Positions 51,687-62,200 of a stretch of 64,000 bases of DNA are shown here, piece by piece. The stretch is from NCBI GenBank assembly GCA_013911165.1, contig JACETR010000002.1, positions 71 to 64,070 of the forward strand. Reading direction: 5' to 3'. Origin of the DNA: Planctomycetota bacterium (GTDB lineage Bacteria; Planctomycetota; UBA8108; UBA1146). The notes below the pieces were generated by a model, which did not search any database, had not been told where the DNA came from, and saw nothing but the letters and a program-made list of their open reading frames with translations. The position numbers were made by a program, and so were the translations under genes. Each line of letters starts with the position of its first letter. Positions within the stretch are counted from its first letter, which is position 1.

Positions 51687-53450
51687 ATGAATCAAATTCC
51701 CGTAAAGGTGCAGTCAATTCTGTTGGCTTGCCTCTTTGTTGCAGGAACCGCCTCGGTTCATGCCGACCACATTCGCCCGGCCTTTGTCGCCACCAGCCAG
51801 GAGGTGACCGGGGGAATTCTGGGAACGAACCCGCTGCTGACGGACGGCTTGAACGCGTTGCTCGCCAGTAACCTCGAGAGCTCCCCCTTCCTATTGGAAG
51901 TGGCCAATCTCGATGATCCGACTTACACCAATGATCCGGATATCACCCTCAATGCTTTCTCGGGTGTGGATGAAGATGGGGATCCCACCAATAACGCTTC
52001 AGGGACCAACAACTTCATCGTGACTCCGGACTCTCTGGATCCGGTGACCGGTGATTTCCTCTCCACCTTTACAGGGGGCAACATCACCAATGGCCTTTTG
52101 ACCGCAGGCCCAGGAACCATCGTCATCTCCGGGATTCCGCTGAATGACCTGACCGTTTCCGCCAACTTCAGTGAGACTGCCGCCGGTTCCGGAATCTACG
52201 AGTTCACCTCGACCCCGACGGCTGCTTTCCTGACCGGGAGCTTTCTTTCGACGCTTCCCGCTCCGGATCCGTTTACGGGAACCCTGGTCGACGTTCTGAC
52301 CAGTTTTGGAATTTTCCCGGATGTGGATGCGGATGGAGACGGAACCAATGAGTCCTACTCTGCCGAGTTTGTCTTTTCGGGAATCTCCTGCAACATCGTG
52401 CCGATTGATCCGACACCCTTTGATGGCTTCGTGGCTACCAGTCAGGAAGTAACCGGAGGAATCCTCGGCACCAATCCGCTGCTGACTGATGGACTGAATG
52501 CTCTGCTCGCCAGCAACCTCACCAACTTCCCCTTCCTCCTGGAAGTGGCTGATCTGGATGACCCGACCTACACCAATGACCCTGAGATCACTCTCAACAC
52601 TTACGGGGGCATGGATGTGGATGGAGATCCCACCAATAACAACGACGGAGTCAACGAGTTTGTGATCGATTCTGAATCCTACGACGACAATGGAAACATC
52701 GTCTCCCAGTTTCCCGGGGGTGACATTGTCAACACCCTGCTGACCGCAGGTCCTGGAACGATCGTGATCTCGGGAATTCCGCTGAATGACCTGACCGTGG
52801 CGGCAACCTTCACCGAAACGACCCCGGGTTCCGGGATCTTCGAATTCACTTCAACCCCGACGGCCGCCTTCCTGACCGAGACTTTCCTGGTGACGCTTCC
52901 GGCACCGGATCCGTTCACGGGTACTCTGGTCGATGTTCTGACCAGCTTCGGAATCTTCCCGGATATCGATGCTGACGGAAATGGAACCAACGAATCCTAC
53001 TCCGCTGAATTCGTCTTCACCGGAATCTCCTGTGTCCTTTACGGAAACGACTTTGGACCGGGTGGCCCGACTCCGACGGAAGACTGCGGTAACGGAATCG
53101 ACGACGATGGCGACTCCCTGGCTGACTGCGACGACCCGGATTGTGCCACCGACGCAAACTGCGCTACCGGAAACCAGTTCCGTCGCGGAGATGTGAACGG
53201 TGACGCGGCTCTGAACATTGCAGATGCCATCGCGCTGTTGGGCTTCCTCTTCAGTGGTTCTGCCGCTCCGGGTTGCCTCGATGCGGGTGACGTCAACGAC
53301 GATGGTGCCAACAACATTGCGGACGCCATTTCCCTGTTGGGTTTCCTCTTCAGCGGTTCCGCTGAGCCTCCGGCTCCGGGGACCAACTGCGGAGTGGATC
53401 CGACCGACACTGATCCTCTCGACTGCCAGAACCCCACGGGAGGTTGCTGA
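51687..53450 (+). CDS. Secreted protein with two tandem about 214-aa repeats and C-terminal double dockerin-like module
   Basis: GGAGGAGG RBS 5 nt before ATG 51687. Signal peptide. Repeat 1 and repeat 2 are about 85% identical at the protein level. C-terminus RGDVNGDAALNIADAIALLGFLFSGS...GDVNDDGANNIADAISLLGFLFSGS then Cys-rich tail. Confidence 0.8.
   Translation: MNQIPVKVQSILLACLFVAGTASVHADHIRPAFVATSQEVTGGILGTNPLLTDGLNALLASNLESSPFLLEVANLDDPTYTNDPDITLNAFSGVDEDGDPTNNASGTNNFIVTPDSLDPVTGDFLSTFTGGNITNGLLTAGPGTIVISGIPLNDLTVSANFSETAAGSGIYEFTSTPTAAFLTGSFLSTLPAPDPFTGTLVDVLTSFGIFPDVDADGDGTNESYSAEFVFSGISCNIVPIDPTPFDGFVATSQEVTGGILGTNPLLTDGLNALLASNLTNFPFLLEVADLDDPTYTNDPEITLNTYGGMDVDGDPTNNNDGVNEFVIDSESYDDNGNIVSQFPGGDIVNTLLTAGPGTIVISGIPLNDLTVAATFTETTPGSGIFEFTSTPTAAFLTETFLVTLPAPDPFTGTLVDVLTSFGIFPDIDADGNGTNESYSAEFVFTGISCVLYGNDFGPGGPTPTEDCGNGIDDDGDSLADCDDPDCATDANCATGNQFRRGDVNGDAALNIADAIALLGFLFSGSAAPGCLDAGDVNDDGANNIADAISLLGFLFSGSAEPPAPGTNCGVDPTDTDPLDCQNPTGGC
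51783..53037 (+). repeat. Intragenic tandem duplication, two copies of about 640 nt (51783-52426 and 52427-53037)
   Basis: Both copies begin FVATSQEVTGGILGTNPLLTDGLNALLASNL and end SYSAEFVF(S/T)GISC. The DNA copies differ at many synonymous positions while the proteins stay near-identical. Confidence 0.85.
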
Positions 53451-53478
53451 TTTCGGGCTGAACATGTCTGATTCAAAA

Positions 53479-53520
53479 GCCCCGTTCGGACGCTGCGTCC
53501 GGACGGGGCTTTTTCTTTCT
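53479..53520 (+). terminator. Rho-independent terminator after the dockerin-repeat gene
   Basis: agccccgttcggacg-ctg-cgtccggacggggct stem followed by ttttctttct. Confidence 0.75.
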
Positions 53521-53622
53521 ATCGATTTCCTGTGGTCACCCTTGCGAGTTATTCAATCGCCCGGATGATATGAAAGGCCAACGGGAATCGGGCAGTCCGA
53601 TCCCTTCCGGAAAGAAGAATCG

Positions 53623-56178
53623 TTGGGCAAGACTGAGGGACTCGACACCCGTAAATTGTTTGCTCCTGAGGTGACCCAAAGGATGGCTCAGGCCGTCCTT
53701 GATGCGGGCTCCAACGAAGTCTTTTTTCTGGGCTCATTTGATGAGACCGGCCTCCTGGATCGTATCGAAGTGATTGCCCGCGGAACCGCGAACGCAGTTC
53801 CTGTTTTCCTTGAGAGAGCAGAGGAAGGCTTCCAGGTCCTGATTCACAACCATCCCGGTGGTGATCTGACCCCGAGCCCTGCAGACCTTTCCATCGCTTC
53901 CGAGGCGGGAGCCCGCCGTCTCGGCTTCTTCATCATCAATAATGAGGCGACCCGGGTGAATCGGGTCGTTGAACCCTTCCCCGAAAAGGAAGAGATCCCC
54001 GTCGAGGCGAAAGAAATCGATGGGGTGTTGGGTGGGGATGGCCTTTTCGGAAAAGTCCTCCCAGGCTTTGAGGAGAGAGCCGGGCAGCTGCGCATGGCAC
54101 ACTCGGTCAATCGGGCCATCAATGATGGTGACGTCGCTGTGTTGGAAGCGGGAACCGGCATCGGCAAGTCTTTTGCCTACCTTGTTCCTGCCATCTTGTG
54201 GGCTGTGAAAAATCGCGGTCGGGTCGTGATCTCCACCGCAACGATCCCGTTGGGCGAGCAGTTGGCTCACAGGGATCTCCCGACACTGCAAAGAATCCTC
54301 GGGGTGGACTTCAAGTTTGCACTGATACAGGGGCGCGGAAACTACGCCTGTCGTCGCAAGGCAGAACAGGTTTCCTCTGAACCGGAGATTTTCGCCGATG
54401 ATGAGGAAAGAGAAGGCTGGATTGCAGACATTCTCGATCGTCTTGCTGAAGCGAAAACAGGAACAAGGCAGGAGATGCCGGGGGAAGTTCCAGAAGAGAT
54501 CTGGAATGACTTCCAATCCACTTCAGACCAATCACTCAAGGCAAGATGTCCCCATTACCGAGAGTGTTTCTATTATGAGGCTCGTCGGAAAGCATTCGGG
54601 GCACACATCGTCATCGTCAACCATCACCTTTTCTTTGCAGATCTGAATTTACGCAAGGGAAGAGGGGATTATGAATCGGACCTGGTGATCCCCGGTTACC
54701 AAAAGGTCATCTTCGACGAAGCACATCATCTGGAAGATGTCGCCAGCAAGCATCTGGGTTCTGAGGTTTCTCGACGGGGAATGTTACAGGTTCTGGGTCG
54801 ACTGCTGACCCCTCGCAAGAAGAGGGGTAGGCAGGGTGGACGTTTACCCTGGCTTGAGTCTCAGTTGGCGAAACATCACAAAGGTGAAGTCCACGAACTC
54901 CTGGGCATGAAGGTGATCCCCAGAGTTCACCTGGTGCGAAAGGAAGTGGAGCAAGCTCTGCAGAGACTCGAGGTACGACTGGAGGATTCGCGCCACCTGA
55001 TCGAGGAAAGTGGCAGGGATGGATCCTTGATGGCGAGACTGGGCGAGAAAAAAGGCTTCATGCCCATGACAGTGGTAACACCACCGCTTCTGGATGCCCG
55101 TGACTCTCTCGATGGGTTGAAAGGTTTGTTGCAGGAGTGCTTGGATCTGCTGGAAGATGACCCCTTCGAACCGGAGGTCGAGTATCAGGCGGCCATCGCA
55201 GAACTGCGTTCCGCAAAAAGATCCGTCGTCGAGCAGATCGGGGCCATCGATTTTGTCAAAGATGCCTCAGGAGCGATTCAGCCCTGGGTGGAATTGTCGA
55301 GCCGCCCCCAGAAACATCTCATGCTCAGGGCAGCTCCTCTGAAGGTCGATGAATTGCTGGCAGAACATCTGTATCGTCCTCTCTCAACGGTGATCCAGAC
55401 CAGCGCCACATTGAGAGTGGGAGAATCCTGGTCTTTTCTTGCGGATCGGCTGGGTTGGGAACAGGTGGAAAGGGAGCGTCTTCGGCAAGAGGAGTTCGAC
55501 TCTCCTTTCGATTGGCCGCGACAGGTCCTTTTGGGATTGCCAGAGGATGTTCCAGAGCCGGACCGATCGGGATACGACAAGAAGATTCATGAGATCGTTC
55601 TCGATTCGGTGAGAGGAGCGCGTGGAAGAACTTTTGTTCTCTTCACATCCCACCGATCACTCAAAAAATGTGCCGAGACGATTCGCCCAGCACTGCAGGC
55701 GCAGGGAATGCCCTTGTTGGTTCAGGGGGAAGCGCCCCGCACAGAGTTGTTACGCCAGTTTGTTGATTCAGGAAGAGCCGTTCTGTTGGGTAATCAGTCC
55801 TATTGGGAAGGCATCGATGTTCCGGGAGCAGCGCTTTCCTGTGTCGTCATCCCCCGATTGCCATTCAAGATTCCCAATCATCCTCTGGAGCAGGGAAGAG
55901 CGGAAGAATTGGAGTCGCGGGGAAAAAGCCCCTTTGCCCATCTTGCGCTTCCGCGGGCAGTCCTCGGGTTGAGGCAGGGATTCGGGCGTCTGATTCGTAC
56001 CATCGATGATCGCGGAGTGGTGGTCATCGCCGATACACGAATCATCAAGCGGCCCTACGGTAAAAGATTCTTGTCCAGTCTTCCTGATTGCCGAAGAGTT
56101 CAGGCGGAGTGGGATGAGGTCAAAACTTCCATCGAGGGTTTCTTTGCCATCGATGATGTTGAAGAGATGTTGCCGTGA
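53623..56178 (+). CDS. dinG: RadC-like JAB/MPN domain fused to a DinG/Rad3-family ATP-dependent DNA helicase (4Fe-4S type)
   Basis: Residues about 20-150 carry the RadC-type JAMM-like core EVFFLGSFDETGLLDRIEVIARGT...VLIHNHPGGDLTPSPADLSIA. Then helicase motif I VLEAGTGIGKSFAYLVPAI, FeS cysteines (NYACRRK...ARCPHYRECFYY), DEAH-like FDEAHHLED, C-terminal helicase_C_2 (YWEGIDVPG). The ORF-track start is TTG at 53623; ATG at 53683 is an alternative. Confidence 0.75.
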   Translation: MGKTEGLDTRKLFAPEVTQRMAQAVLDAGSNEVFFLGSFDETGLLDRIEVIARGTANAVPVFLERAEEGFQVLIHNHPGGDLTPSPADLSIASEAGARRLGFFIINNEATRVNRVVEPFPEKEEIPVEAKEIDGVLGGDGLFGKVLPGFEERAGQLRMAHSVNRAINDGDVAVLEAGTGIGKSFAYLVPAILWAVKNRGRVVISTATIPLGEQLAHRDLPTLQRILGVDFKFALIQGRGNYACRRKAEQVSSEPEIFADDEEREGWIADILDRLAEAKTGTRQEMPGEVPEEIWNDFQSTSDQSLKARCPHYRECFYYEARRKAFGAHIVIVNHHLFFADLNLRKGRGDYESDLVIPGYQKVIFDEAHHLEDVASKHLGSEVSRRGMLQVLGRLLTPRKKRGRQGGRLPWLESQLAKHHKGEVHELLGMKVIPRVHLVRKEVEQALQRLEVRLEDSRHLIEESGRDGSLMARLGEKKGFMPMTVVTPPLLDARDSLDGLKGLLQECLDLLEDDPFEPEVEYQAAIAELRSAKRSVVEQIGAIDFVKDASGAIQPWVELSSRPQKHLMLRAAPLKVDELLAEHLYRPLSTVIQTSATLRVGESWSFLADRLGWEQVERERLRQEEFDSPFDWPRQVLLGLPEDVPEPDRSGYDKKIHEIVLDSVRGARGRTFVLFTSHRSLKKCAETIRPALQAQGMPLLVQGEAPRTELLRQFVDSGRAVLLGNQSYWEGIDVPGAALSCVVIPRLPFKIPNHPLEQGRAEELESRGKSPFAHLALPRAVLGLRQGFGRLIRTIDDRGVVVIADTRIIKRPYGKRFLSSLPDCRRVQAEWDEVKTSIEGFFAIDDVEEMLP

Positions 56179-56765
56179 AGGTTCGTGGTGTCATCACCGC
56201 TGCCGGAGATTCGAGGCGTCTGGGTCAACCAAAGGCGCTCCTGGAGATTTCAGGAGAGACCTTTATCGAGCGTCTTGTGCGTCTCATGAAGGCGGGCGGA
56301 GTCGATGAAGTTTTTCCGGTTGTGGGCGGGCGCCATACTCCTGAACTACTGAAAGAGTGTCAGAGACTCGGGATTGAACCGATCCACAATGCCGATCCGG
56401 AGAGAGGACCGGTCTCCAGCATCATTTGCGGCTTCAAGGAGCCAGGTGAATGGGACCTGTTGTTGATCCATCCCGTGGATGTCGTCGGAATTACAGCAGC
56501 AGATGTCCAGGGGTTGATTGATAGTAGCCGCAAACACCCGGATCACGATGCCTGGATCATGTCCCATGAGATGAGACGGGGGCATCCGGTGATGGTACGC
56601 AAGGAAGTGGTCTCCTCACTGGCCACCGAAGGTGGCCCAGAACACTTGAGGGCTTTGTTGGGACAGCCGCACCTTAAGCTTCACCATGAGGTCACGGACA
56701 ACCCAATGATCCTCGAGGACGTGGATGATCCGGAAGACTGGGAGCGGATTCGCGGTCAGATCTGA
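56175..56765 (+). CDS. MobA/MocA-like nucleotidyltransferase (GT-A fold; molybdenum cofactor cytidylyl/guanylyltransferase family)
   Basis: GTG start overlapping the helicase TGA (GTGA). VITAAGDSRRLGQPKALLEISGETFIERL N-terminal NTP-binding motif. 196 aa. Confidence 0.7.
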   Translation: MKVRGVITAAGDSRRLGQPKALLEISGETFIERLVRLMKAGGVDEVFPVVGGRHTPELLKECQRLGIEPIHNADPERGPVSSIICGFKEPGEWDLLLIHPVDVVGITAADVQGLIDSSRKHPDHDAWIMSHEMRRGHPVMVRKEVVSSLATEGGPEHLRALLGQPHLKLHHEVTDNPMILEDVDDPEDWERIRGQI

Positions 56766-56778
56766 AGACATGCAGAGA

Positions 56779-59178
56779 TCAGCTACCGATGTTTTCCTCA
56801 TACCACTTCAACAGATTCAGCCATGAATCGGGCATGGCACCTTTTGCCTGACGCACGGCAAAGTGCTCATTCGCCACATCCGGTACACCCCGATACAGAG
56901 CAAGCAATCCCATGGGGATTCGGTACTCGGCTGAACTCTTCCCGTACTTGTCGGCAACCTGCTGGAAGATAAATCGATCGGTTACTTCGGTGATCTTGAA
57001 GGGCATCACGGCATTCTGATCAGAAAGTCTCAGCCAGATATTTTCACGATCGATTCGATCGACCACTCCCTTGTCTTTGCGTTCACGGGTGCTTCCGGCA
57101 AGAGGAATCCGAACCAGAGTGACTTCCTTACCGTCGTCGCCCTTCTCCTGAAGAACTTCGAGAGACATCTTGAAGAATCCATCGAGGATCTGGAAAGCCT
57201 CCAGGTCGGTATTGATACGAGACTTGGTTTCATCGAGGACCATCTGCGAATCGAGTCCGACCGCTGCACTGATCATGCCTTTGATATCGCGGTTTTGAGA
57301 CAGATTCCGGTACTCAGCCCAAATCGCTTTATATCCCGCCAACTCCTCAGTAGATCTTTTTTCATTTTCGACTCTGACGAACTCGGCTTTCTCCGCCATC
57401 ACTCGCTCTTCGAGTTTCTCGGCTTCTGCGACAAGGTCTGGATCTGCATAGCCCCGGATTTTTTCTACCAGAGCGAGGGCTTGATCAAATTCCCGACGAT
57501 TTCGATGGAACTCTGCTTTTTGGCTGTCGGCTTCATACTGGGAGTCGATCTGATCACTCCACACCGAAAGCAACCGTTCAATTTCCACATTCAGTTCTTC
57601 ATCCTGACGTGCGCTTTTCGGTCGATCATCGAGGTACTCGATGGCTGCCCAGATTTTTCCGGACTCGACCATACCGGTGGCCTGCATCATCATTTCACGA
57701 CCATCCGCCTGTCTTGCGGCAACCTGTGAAGATTCGAGTGCGTCAAGCTCGGCAACCATCTCTTTTGCAGCAGCGGTATCGGCGTAGTTTTTGATGGCAA
57801 ATTTTAATTCGCGCAGTTGCATATCCTGATCTTTGGCCCGAATTGTGGTGAGGACCTTTCTGGCTCCACTCTCGTGACGGTCAAAATCTTCCTGATCAGC
57901 TTTCTTTCGTCGCTCGATTTTGATCTTGCTGATCTCGGTGAGGCGATCATCGATCATCTCCTCAAAATTGGGCTGACCTTTCGAGGCCTGGGATGCAGCA
58001 GAGATCACCATGAAGACAGAAATGAGAACACCGAGTCCCGCACCTATTTTCGTAAGCAGGGTTTTCCGGCTTCGAAGATCGGCTCGGCTTGCGCCCCCGA
58101 CCTGACGATTTCCACCTGCAGGAGCATGGACATCTCTCTGCGGACGCCGGGCTATTGCAGCGGCTTTTTTTCCTTTTCGGGGTGATGCGCCAGAGTTTTC
58201 TAGATCATTAAGAACAGAGATGACTTCTTCAGCGCTATCCGGGCGGTCAGCGGGAGCCTTGTTGAGCAGCTGTTCGACAAGGTTGTCGAGATTTGATTCT
58301 TTTCCAGACAGTGTCACGATCGGAATCACTTCGTCACGGACATGCTTTTTCAGAATTTCCCGATTGGAATCCCCTTCGAAGGGGGGCTTGCCTGTCAGGC
58401 AGTGGTAAAGGGTTGCACCCAAAGCATACAGGTCACTACGTTCATCGACGCTCTCACCCTTGATCTGTTCCGGAGAGATGTAATGTGGAGTTCCCTTGAG
58501 AAGTTCCTGTTTCTCCAGATTCTGAGCCTGATCTGTGGCGAGAGCCAACCCGAGATCGGTGACTTTGGGAGTACCATCTTCAGCGATAAGAATATTTGCG
58601 GGTTTCAGATCACGATGCAGAAGTCCGGCTTTGTGAGCGTGGTTCAAGGCTTGTGTGATGCACAAAGCCAATTCACTGACTTCCCTCTCGGAGAGTTGAC
58701 CTCTCCGCTTGAGTTTGTCCTGAAGGGTTTCCCCTTCGACATACTCCATCGAAAACCAGCAGACCTCATCCGTTTTACCCGCATCGAGGGCATGGACGAT
58801 GTGGGGGTGATTCAAACGGGCAGCATTTCTCGCTTCTGCGATCAGATCTTCAAAGTCGGAATCCTTGTCACTGTTGAGGAAGACTTTGAGCGAAATGATT
58901 TTCCCGAGTGATTCCTGCTTTGCTTTCCAGACAACACTGGTCGTTCCCGCTCCCAGGGGTGAGATAAATTCAAACCCCGGGATTTCCGGTGGAAGTGTCG
59001 CCCGGATCTTCCGGCTCAACCGTTGGGTTTGATCACGGGTCAACAGACCTTTCTCGATGAGAAGGGCGCTGACAGTAGTGCCTGCAGTGTGGCTTTCGGC
59101 GATCGATTCGGCTGCTGCCTTGTCAATCAGCCCTTGCTTGAGGGCTAATTGGATCAAAGCCTTGTCAAAGTCGTTCAT
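56779..59178 (-). CDS. Serine/threonine protein kinase with transmembrane segment and long C-terminal extracytoplasmic/coiled-coil region
   Basis: Hanks kinase motifs LGAGTTSVVWKAK...KVF (VAIK-like), HRDLKPANILI, DLG, SPEQ. Hydrophobic segment LLTKIGAGLGVLISVFMVISAA. Start placed at MNDFDKALIQ (59178); the ORF track extends to 59391. Confidence 0.8.
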   Translation of the reverse strand: MNDFDKALIQLALKQGLIDKAAAESIAESHTAGTTVSALLIEKGLLTRDQTQRLSRKIRATLPPEIPGFEFISPLGAGTTSVVWKAKQESLGKIISLKVFLNSDKDSDFEDLIAEARNAARLNHPHIVHALDAGKTDEVCWFSMEYVEGETLQDKLKRRGQLSEREVSELALCITQALNHAHKAGLLHRDLKPANILIAEDGTPKVTDLGLALATDQAQNLEKQELLKGTPHYISPEQIKGESVDERSDLYALGATLYHCLTGKPPFEGDSNREILKKHVRDEVIPIVTLSGKESNLDNLVEQLLNKAPADRPDSAEEVISVLNDLENSGASPRKGKKAAAIARRPQRDVHAPAGGNRQVGGASRADLRSRKTLLTKIGAGLGVLISVFMVISAASQASKGQPNFEEMIDDRLTEISKIKIERRKKADQEDFDRHESGARKVLTTIRAKDQDMQLRELKFAIKNYADTAAAKEMVAELDALESSQVAARQADGREMMMQATGMVESGKIWAAIEYLDDRPKSARQDEELNVEIERLLSVWSDQIDSQYEADSQKAEFHRNRREFDQALALVEKIRGYADPDLVAEAEKLEERVMAEKAEFVRVENEKRSTEELAGYKAIWAEYRNLSQNRDIKGMISAAVGLDSQMVLDETKSRINTDLEAFQILDGFFKMSLEVLQEKGDDGKEVTLVRIPLAGSTRERKDKGVVDRIDRENIWLRLSDQNAVMPFKITEVTDRFIFQQVADKYGKSSAEYRIPMGLLALYRGVPDVANEHFAVRQAKGAMPDSWLNLLKWYEENIGS

Positions 59179-59285
59179 CGTCACTCCATGAGATGGCTCG
59201 TGGGTCAGGATTTGAACATCAAAGACGTGTTCCGGGCATTGGGAAGCACAGTTTGGGACTCTTCGATGGCTCTCCAGTGTAAGGG

Positions 59286-62200
59286 ATGGGAGAATGCTCA
59301 GGAACTGAGTCAAAGGGTCGGGCCGAGCCTGAAAGTCGGTTTGGATCCCTCTGGAAACCGCTGAAAGGTGGCCGTTTCGTGCTACTTCCATGGTTACTGG
59401 CAGTGATGTGCCTCTCTCCCTCTTCCCACTCAGAAACCCTCTGGCACACTCGTGCTGAAATCGAGTTACAGCCGGAAAAGGGCCATATTTCGTGGATGGT
59501 CGAGTTGTCTCCCGCAGGAGCAGAAGCCCCCGGTGTATTGAAAGAGGCTCTCGAATTTGACCTTCACTCCGGATTGGAAGTGGATCCTCCCGAGTTTGGA
59601 ACCCTGACCCGGGTTTCCGAGGGCCCCAGGGATCACGATCCCGGAATCGATCCCAGACCAGAAATTACCCGCAATCGTTGGCTGTGGACCCCGCCCGTTG
59701 AGGGGGCTCCCTTTCGATTGAGCGCAAAAGGGGTGATTCAGGAAGATCGCCAGGAAGTGGGGAGCGGATCGAGTCGCTCATTTTCCTCGACAGCAGGAAC
59801 CATCGAGGAGCAGGGAGTTTTTCTCGCCGGTTCGAGTGCGTGGATTCCTCAGCCCGTAGGCGAGATGGTCACCTTCGATCTCAGGGTTTCCTTGCCAGCG
59901 GGTTGGGATGCGGTGTCGCAGGGAAAACGCGAAGAACATTCACGTACCGATCAGGGCACCAGCGTTCACTGGAAGTGTGATTCACCCCAAGAGGAAATTT
60001 ACCTCGTTGCAGCCCGGTTCTTTGAGTACACGGACCGCATCGACAACGTCGAATTGATGGCATTTCTGCGGGAGGACGACTCGGCTCTCGCCTCCCGATA
60101 TCTGGAAGCAAGCCAGCAATACATCCGCATGTACAGTGACATGCTCGGCCCGTATCCCCAGCCCAAGTTCGCCCTCGTCGAAAACTTTTGGGAGACCGGG
60201 TATGGGATGCCGTCCTTTACACTCCTGGGTCCACAGGTGATACGACTCCCTTTTATTCTTCGGTCATCTTATCCCCATGAAATTCTTCATGACTATTGGG
60301 GGAACTCGGTCTACGTCGATGTCGATTCCGGGAATTGGTGTGAGGGTCTGACGGCGTATATGGCCGATCACCTGATGAAAGAGGTGGATGGCCTCGGACA
60401 CGAGTACCGCAGGGATGTTCTGAGAAAATATGGATCCTACGTACAGGAAGGCCAGGATTTTCCCCTCATCGAGTTTCGCAGCCGGCATTCCGGAGCGACC
60501 GAAGCGGTCGGTTACGGAAAGAGTCTGATGCTCTGGCACATGATTCGAAGGGAACTGGGGGACGAGCCTTTCCTGCAGGGGCTGAGCGATTTTTATCAGC
60601 GATTCCGCTACAAGAGGGCCTCATTCTCGGATCTGGCGAATTGCCTTCAGGAGGCTTCAGCAGCGGATGATTGGGATCTCCCAAAATTTGTTGAGCACTG
60701 GACAACGAACAGCGGTGCCCCCCGATTCAAAATGCAATTTGTTTTGGGCAGCCAAAGTTCGGAGATCACCCTTGAGCAGGTACAGGAGGAATCACCTTTT
60801 CCTCTGCGGGTTCCCGTTTACTTCAAGACCCTCAATTCCGATCAATGGCAGATGAGTGCAGTCGAGTTTCCCCTTGTGAAAGATGTGCCCCGTCGGGTCA
60901 CCGTGGATCTGGGGCCAGGAGTCGTCAGTGCGCGTATCGACCCCTACTTCGATGTCTTCAGAAAACTCGAGCCGGAAGAAACCCCACCTACTTTGGGCGA
61001 CATTTTTGGTACCGACCAGGGGCTGATCGTTCTGCCACAGAACAGCGCGGATCTGGTTCTTTGGAAAGAAGTGGCGACCCAGTGGGCCCGCACCGGCAAC
61101 TTCGAAGTGATCGAGGACAATGACCCCGATGCAGATGCAAAGATCGAAGCCACCAAAGCTCTCTGGTTTTTCGGTTCGGAGAGTGTGAGGGCCGAAGAAG
61201 AATTTGAAACGGCCCCGACGATCCCAGAAGAGGAATACAACGCTGAAGAGGTTGCCGGCATTCGTGTTCATCAAGCCCAGGGCAGGGTTGTGGGTTGGAT
61301 TACCTCGCCCGTCTCCGAAGCGATTCCCGGGCTCGGAAGAAAGTTGCCCCACTACGGCAAGTACTCCTATCTGGCCTTCAAGGGTTCTGAGCCAAGCAAC
61401 TTCATCAAGGGGCAGTGGCCGGCAACCGGATCGGCCCTCTCCATGAGCCTGCTGGATACACCTCCTTCCATGTCGATTCCGGAGCGAACCCCTCTGGGTA
61501 AACCGGGGCAACTTCTGGATCCGGAAAAGATGCTCAGTCACATTCGCCTGCTCACCGCTCCAGAGATGGAGGGGCGTGGAAATGGGTCAGAGGGTTTGGC
61601 AAGGGCGGTCCAATGGATCGGCGATCGATTTAAAGAGATGGGCCTCGAGCCTGCCGCTCCCGACGGCAGCTACATCGATCGCTGGAGTGTGACCGATGAT
61701 CAGGGCAAAGAACTGCAGTTGGAAAATGTTCTGGGAATGATCCCGGGTACGGATCCTGCACTCTCCCAAAAACCGGTGGTCGTGATGGCGCACCTCGATC
61801 ATTTGGGCCGGGGTTGGCCCGACGTGCGCGCTGGCAATGAGGGGAAACTGCACCCGGGAGCAGATGACAATGCCTCCGGAGTGGCGGTCATGGTCGAAGT
61901 TGCCCGCAAAATGAAAAGAACCGTCCGCCCCCAGCGCCCGATTCTCTTCGTCGCCACGTCTGGAGAGGAGTGGGGGCTGAAAGGCTCCCAGCGTCTGGTT
62001 TCCGGAGGGTGCGTGATTCCTCTCGTGGAATCTCTGACGGCCATCAGTATCGACGCGGTCGGACGTTATCAGGACGGATCACTGCTGGTCCTGGGAGCCG
62101 GGACTGCCACAGAGTGGGTGCATATTGTCAGGGGTGTGGGGTTCACCACCGGCATCAAGGCGACCTCCGTGAATGAAGATCCCGGTGGATCCGATCATGT

